Of a DNA stretch of 32,000 nucleotides, positions 26,865 through 32,000 are shown one piece after another. The notes below the pieces were generated by a model. It made no database searches, was not told the DNA's origin, and saw only the letters and a program-made list of their open reading frames with translations. A program made the position numbers and the translations under genes. This DNA comes from Deinococcus radiodurans R1 = ATCC 13939 = DSM 20539 (GTDB lineage Bacteria > Deinococcota > Deinococci > Deinococcales > Deinococcaceae). Location of the stretch: NCBI RefSeq assembly GCF_000008565.1, contig NC_000958.1, positions 135,432 to 167,431 of the forward strand, written 5' to 3'. Every line of letters starts with the position of its first letter. The stretch's first letter is position 1.

Positions 26865-29690
26865 ATGACGTTTGATATCGGTTCAATGGTGCGTGCCCGT
26901 GGGCGCGACTGGGTGGTGCTGCCTGAAAGCGGCGCGGACTTCCTGCTGCTGCGTCCCCTGGGCGGCAGCGACGCAGAAATCGCGGGCGTGTACGCCGGGG
27001 AGGGTGGGGAGGAGGTCACCTCGGCAGCGTTCGCCCCCCCGAGCCCCGCGGCCTTCGGGACCGCGAGTGGAGCGCGGCTGCTGCTGAACGCGGCCCGGCT
27101 GGCGGTGCGCAGCGGCGCTGGGCCCTTCCGGTCCCTGAGCCGCCTGGGCGTGGAGCCGCGCCCGTACCAGCTGGTGCCGCTCCTCATGGCCCTGCGCCAG
27201 AGCCCGGCCCGGCTGATGATCGCCGACGACGTGGGCATCGGGAAGACGGTGGAAGCCGCCTTAATCGCCCGCGAGCTGCTGGACCGGGGCGAGATCGACC
27301 GCCTGACGGTCCTGTGCCCACCGCACCTGGCGGGACAGTGGGTGGAGGAATTGCGGGTCAAGTTCGGCATCGACGCGGTGGCCGTGCTGCCCGGCACCGC
27401 CCGGCGCCTGGAAAAGGGCTGTAACCCTGGCCAGAGCGTCTTTGAGCGCTACAAATTCACGGTGGTCAGTCTCGACCTCGTGAAGTCGGACCGGTGGCGG
27501 CAGGACTTTCTGACCAATGCGCCCGATTTCGTCATCGTGGACGAGGCGCACGCCAGTGCTGAGGGCGAGGGCATGGGCACCAAGCGCCACCAACGCTACC
27601 GGCTGCTCGAAGACCTCGCCAGGAAGGAAGACCGGCACCTGATTCTGGTCACCGCCACGCCCCACAGCGGCAAGGAAGACGCCTTCCGCAGCCTGCTGCG
27701 GCTGCTCAATCCCGACTTCGCCAGGCTGCCACTCGACCTCAGCGGGGCGCAAAACGAGCGTGCCCGCGCGACCCTGGCCCGGCACCTCGTGCAGCGCGGG
27801 CGTAAGGACATCGCAGAGTACCTGCAGGAAGACACTCCTTTTCCAACCCGGCGCGACGCCGAGCTGCACTACGCCTTGCACCCGGACTACGCCGCCCTCT
27901 TTGACGACGTGCTGGCCTACGCCCGCGAGAGTGTCCACGTGCCCGGCGAGGCCCAGAGCCGCACCCGCATTCGCTGGTGGGCGGCGCTGGGGCTGCTGCG
28001 GGCGCTGGCGAGTAGTCCGCAGGCCGCCGCCGCCACCCTGCGCGAGCGGGCCATAGCGGCGGACGACGGAGAGACCGACGAAGCGGTGATCGACCGGCTG
28101 GGCCGCGAGCTGGTGCTTGACCCCGAAGAGGGCGAGGACAGTGCCCTGGACATGACTCCTGGGGCTCAGGTGGACGGTGAGCAGAGTGAAACCACCGGGC
28201 GGCTGCTGACGCTGGCGAGCCGGGCCGACGCCCTGGCCGGGGCCAAGGACAACAAACTGAAGCTGCTGACGGCGCAGGTGCAGGGGCTCGTCGATCAGGG
28301 ATTTGCGCCCATTGTGTTTTGCCGCTTTATTGCCACCGCAGAGGCCGTGGCCGAGCACCTCCGGGGGGCCCTGAAAGGCAGCGAAGTGCTGGCGGTCACC
28401 GGACGTCACACGCCCGACGAGCGGGTGGACCGGGTGGAAGAGCTCGCCCGCGCTGAGCGGCGGGTGCTGGTGGCGACCGACTGCCTCTCTGAGGGCATCA
28501 ACCTGCAGGCGGCTTTCAGCGCTGTGATCCACTACGACCTGCCCTGGAACCCCACCCGACTCGACCAGCGCGAAGGCCGGGTCGACCGCTACGGGCAGGC
28601 CAGCCCCGAGGTGCGGGTGCTGACCATCTACGGCGAGGACAACCGCATTGACACCCTGATTCTGGAGGTGCTGGTGCGCAAGCACCGCTTGATTCGCGCC
28701 ACGCTCGGCACCAGTGTGCCGGCGCCGGAAGAGGCCGAGAGCCTGCTCGACGTGCTGCTCAGCCGGGTGCTGAACGCGCAGGGGCGCGAAGTGATTCAGC
28801 CGCTGCTCTTTGAGGACGTGCAGGCCTTTGACCTCAAGTGGCGCGACGCCGCCGAAGGGGAAAAGAAATCGCGCAGCCGCTTTGCCCAGAACAGCATCCG
28901 CCCCGAAGAAGTGGCGAGCGAGTTGCGGGCAGTCCGTGAAGCGCTAGGGGACGCGCACGCGGCGCAAGACTTTGTGCTCGACGCTCTGAGTGGAGCCGGC
29001 GTGAGTGTTTCACCGCGTGTGGACGGCAGCTTCGAGGCCGACCCCGCGCAGGCGGACGTGAGGCCCGAGTACCGCGATTTCCTGCGTGGGGCGCGGCGTT
29101 TTCGCTTCGACGCCCAGACTGAGCGCGGCGTGACCCCGCTTGCCCGCAACCACCCCCTCGTGGAGCAGCTCGCCAGTACGGTGCTGGGGCAGGCGCTCGA
29201 CGCTCCGCTGGAGGCGGCGGCCAAACGGGTGGGCGTGATTCGCACCTCCAAGGTTGCCACGCAGACCACGCTGCTGCTGCTGCGTCACCGCTTTCACCTC
29301 ACGGGGCGCAAGGGCAACCGGACGTGGCAGACGCTGGCTGAGGAACTCGACCTGCTCGCCTACGCGGGGCGGGCACCGGCGGACGGGAAAGGCGGCTGGC
29401 TGGACGCCGAAGCCACCCGCGCCCTGCTCGCCCTGACGCCCGAAGGCAACCTCGACCCGGTGCAAAAAGAAGACCGCTTGACCCGCGTTCTGGCCGACGT
29501 TCAGGGCCTGGACGGGCCCCTGATGGCCCGCGCTCAGGAGCGCGCCGCCGCGCTGCTGGAGGCGCACGAGCGGGTGCGTGGGGCCGCGCGCGGGCAGGGC
29601 GTGACCTACAGCGTGGAACCGCCCGGCCCCCCAGACCTGCTCGGCATTTACGTCTTCCTGCCCCTGCCCAAACTTGGAGCCCTGTCTTGA
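26865..29690 (+). CDS. SNF2-family helicase (941 aa; DrmD-like)
   Basis: SD GGGGAAGGA lies 5 nt upstream of the ATG, which is 2 nt after the upstream stop. DDVGIGKT (K127), VIVDEAHAS (DEAH 226-229), [46 protein letters not shown]. Confidence 0.9.
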   Translation: MTFDIGSMVRARGRDWVVLPESGADFLLLRPLGGSDAEIAGVYAGEGGEEVTSAAFAPPSPAAFGTASGARLLLNAARLAVRSGAGPFRSLSRLGVEPRPYQLVPLLMALRQSPARLMIADDVGIGKTVEAALIARELLDRGEIDRLTVLCPPHLAGQWVEELRVKFGIDAVAVLPGTARRLEKGCNPGQSVFERYKFTVVSLDLVKSDRWRQDFLTNAPDFVIVDEAHASAEGEGMGTKRHQRYRLLEDLARKEDRHLILVTATPHSGKEDAFRSLLRLLNPDFARLPLDLSGAQNERARATLARHLVQRGRKDIAEYLQEDTPFPTRRDAELHYALHPDYAALFDDVLAYARESVHVPGEAQSRTRIRWWAALGLLRALASSPQAAAATLRERAIAADDGETDEAVIDRLGRELVLDPEEGEDSALDMTPGAQVDGEQSETTGRLLTLASRADALAGAKDNKLKLLTAQVQGLVDQGFAPIVFCRFIATAEAVAEHLRGALKGSEVLAVTGRHTPDERVDRVEELARAERRVLVATDCLSEGINLQAAFSAVIHYDLPWNPTRLDQREGRVDRYGQASPEVRVLTIYGEDNRIDTLILEVLVRKHRLIRATLGTSVPAPEEAESLLDVLLSRVLNAQGREVIQPLLFEDVQAFDLKWRDAAEGEKKSRSRFAQNSIRPEEVASELRAVREALGDAHAAQDFVLDALSGAGVSVSPRVDGSFEADPAQADVRPEYRDFLRGARRFRFDAQTERGVTPLARNHPLVEQLASTVLGQALDAPLEAAAKRVGVIRTSKVATQTTLLLLRHRFHLTGRKGNRTWQTLAEELDLLAYAGRAPADGKGGWLDAEATRALLALTPEGNLDPVQKEDRLTRVLADVQGLDGPLMARAQERAAALLEAHERVRGAARGQGVTYSVEPPGPPDLLGIYVFLPLPKLGALS

Positions 29691-32000
29691 CCACCCAACT
29701 ACATCATGTCCGCCTGCACGGCCTGGGCCTGACCGACGATTTTCTGCTGCAACTTTCCGACCGCGCCCAGACGGGCAAGGTCGAGGGGGCCACTCCCGCC
29801 AGCTACGACCTGCCCCCCAAGACCAGTCTGGAAGAAGCCATTCAGGACGCCTGGGACGACGCCCGCAAAGCGTGGGCGAAATACCAGCAGCACGGCACCG
29901 ACGCCTGGGCTGGATGGGTGCGGCCTCTGCTGCGCGCGCTGGACTACAACTTCGTGGGGGGCGGCGCGGCGGGCGGCAAATACGCCGTGGGCCACCTCAC
30001 GGAAACCGGGGACGTGCCGCTGCATTTCACCCGGCAGCCGGACCTTGACCGCGTGACCGACGAAACCGGGCTGCGCGTCAGTCCGCACGGCCTGATGCAG
30101 GGCTACCTGAACGCGACGCCGGAGCATCTGTGGGGCCTCGTGACCAACGGCGAGACGCTGCGGCTGCTGCGCGACAACGCCCAGGTGACGCGCCCGGCCT
30201 ACGCCGAGTTCCAGATTGGCGAGATGCTGCGCACCGAGGACGCCCGCGCCTTCCGGGTGCTGTGGCTGCTGCTCCACCGCACCCGGCTGCGCGGCGGCAA
30301 GGTGGGGCCGCTGGAAGCCTGGAACGAGGCGAGCAAGGTGCTCGGCCAGCGCGCCAACGACACCCTGCGCGACGGGGTACAGCTCGCCATCGAGCACCTC
30401 GGGACCGGCTTTTTGCGGCACAACCCGGAGCTGCTGGAGCGCACGCGCAGCGGCGAAGTCAAGGCCGAGGACCTCTACCGCGCGGCCCTGACCACCGTGT
30501 ATCAGATGGTGTTCCTGTTCGTCACCGAGGACCGCGACCTGCTGTTTGCGCGGGATGAAGACGGCGAATACCTTCCCGACGCGCAGACCCGCGCCCGCGC
30601 CGCGCACTACCTGACCCGCGCCCTGCGGCAGAAAGCCGGCAGCGTAAACGGCAACCCGCTGCACCACGACGCTTACGTGGCCTGGGAGCGGCTGCTGGGC
30701 TACCTGCGCGGCGGCTTTGCCCCGCTGGGCCTGCCGGCGCTGGGCAGCCTGCTGTTTCAGCCGACCCTGCTCAGTGGCCTGAAACTCGGCAACGACGCTT
30801 TTTACGGCGCCGTGCGCGCCCTGAGCGAAATCAGCGTGAACGGCAGCCTGCGTCCGGTGAACTACGCGGGCCTGGACTCCGAGGAGCTGGGCAGCATCTA
30901 CGAGAGCCTGCTGGAACTGGTGCCCCGCATCGAGCCGGGGCCCCGCTTCTCGCTGACCGTGCTGCCCGGCAATGAGCGCAAAAGCACCGGCAGTTACTAC
31001 ACGCCGGGCAGCCTGATTGACCTGCTGCTGGACAGCGCCCTTGACCCGGTGATCGAAGACGCCGTACGTGACAAGCTCCCGGAAGACGCCATCGCCGCGC
31101 TTAAAGGTCTCAAGGTGATCGACCCGGCGTGCGGCTCGGGGCACTTCCTGATTGCCGCCGCCCGCCGCATTGGAGCGCGGCTGGCCGAACTGGAAGAGGA
31201 AACCAGCCTCCCCAGCCCCCGCGCCCTGCGAAAAGCCACCCGCACCGTCATCGCCCACTGCATCTACGGGGCGGACATCAACCCCATGGCGATTGAGCTG
31301 GCCAAAGTCGCCCTGTGGCTCGAAAGCCAGGACGCGGGCCGGCCCCTGGCCTTCCTCGACCACCGCCTGCGCGTGGGCAACAGCCTGCTGGGCGCCACGC
31401 CCGAGCTGATGAACGCCGAGGACGAGATTCCCGAAAAGACCGTGCGCGGCGTGACCAGCCGGGCCGTCAGGGCCCATACCCTTCACCTGCCCGACGAAGC
31501 GTTCAGCGCCATTTAAGGTGACGACAAGAAAACCGTCTCGGAGCTGAAAAAGCGCAACAAGGCCGAGCGTGAGGCCCTGATTCGCGCTGCCAAAGGCGAA
31601 CAGAGCCTGTTCGACGTGTCCGGCGACCTCGCGCCCCTCACGGCAATGGTGCGGGCGCTGGACAAAATCGAACCCGACAGCGCCGAGCACGTGCAGGCGC
31701 AGCAGAGTACCTACCACGCCATTCGCCAGAACGCCCGCTTGCAGGAGCAGCAGCGCCTGGCCGACGCCTGGTGCGCCGCCTTCGTCGCCCCCAAGACCCC
31801 CGGCCAACCCGCGCTAACCACCGCCACGCTGCACGCCCTGAAACGCACGCCGGACGCCCCCGCCCTGCAACCCGTGCGGCAACTGGTGAGCGACGTGGCC
31901 GCGCAGTACGCCTTCCTGCATCCGCACATCGAGTTTCCCGACGTGTTCGGAGACGCGCAAAAAGGTGGCTTCGACTGCGTGCTGGGCAACCCACCGTGGG
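29687..32000 (+). pseudogene. large Eco57I-type (gamma-class) N6-adenine DNA methyltransferase interrupted by an in-frame TAA at 31514-31516; 3' end outside window (DrmMI-like)
   Basis: TTG start in a TTGA overlap with the SNF2 stop. Motif I VIDPACGSGHFL (~31115-31150), [28 protein letters not shown]. After ..PDEAFSAI-TAA the same frame stays open to the window end ([19 protein letters not shown]...) and reaches motif [13 protein letters not shown] (NPPW at 31988-31999). Confidence 0.75.

Noticed and set aside
29699-31807. 702-aa minus-strand ORF antisense to the methyltransferase. There are similar long antisense ORFs at 27261-28685 (-), 9753-10844 (+), 14783-15814 (+), 8127-8921 (-) and 8238-9107 (+).
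   Set aside because: All lie opposite genes with clear conserved motifs. Their translations are low-complexity Gly/Ala/Arg/Pro/Gln-rich with no recognisable domains. Long stop-free antisense frames are expected in DNA this GC-rich.

Overview
Visibly GC-rich bacterial DNA, roughly two-thirds G+C by eye (not computed). GC content, IS types, many 4-nt gene overlaps and apparently leaderless starts suggest a Deinococcus-like genome; this is inference only. Positions 1-21.5 kb hold minus-strand ion and metal homeostasis genes: a Tat-exported ferritin-like lipoprotein, an NhaP-type Na+/H+ antiporter, a five-gene iron-siderophore ABC uptake operon with a siderophore-interacting reductase, a frameshifted TetR gene, two tandem CNNM/CorC-type transporters, a TerC-family protein and an AGCS alanine/Na+ symporter. 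Five IS copies from three families interrupt this region: two inverted copies of a 1.32-kb IS4/IS701-like element, two direct copies of a 1.21-kb IS4-family element, and one IS630-family element. Flanking-repeat signatures show that these IS copies have moved or inverted about 17-19 kb as blocks. Positions 21.7-32 kb hold a tightly coupled plus-strand operon of three very large genes. The first is a 1706-aa DExH helicase fused to a DUF1998/MrfA-type zinc domain and a C-terminal DUF559/Vsr-like nuclease-fold module. The second is a 941-aa SNF2 helicase. The third is a large Eco57I-type N6-adenine methyltransferase that runs off the window and carries an in-frame TAA between its AdoMet-binding motif and its NPPW catalytic motif. 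I read this as a DISARM class-1-like defence locus with a non-canonical fused architecture, and it is the main candidate for a novel system. I saw no rRNA, tRNA or CRISPR array.
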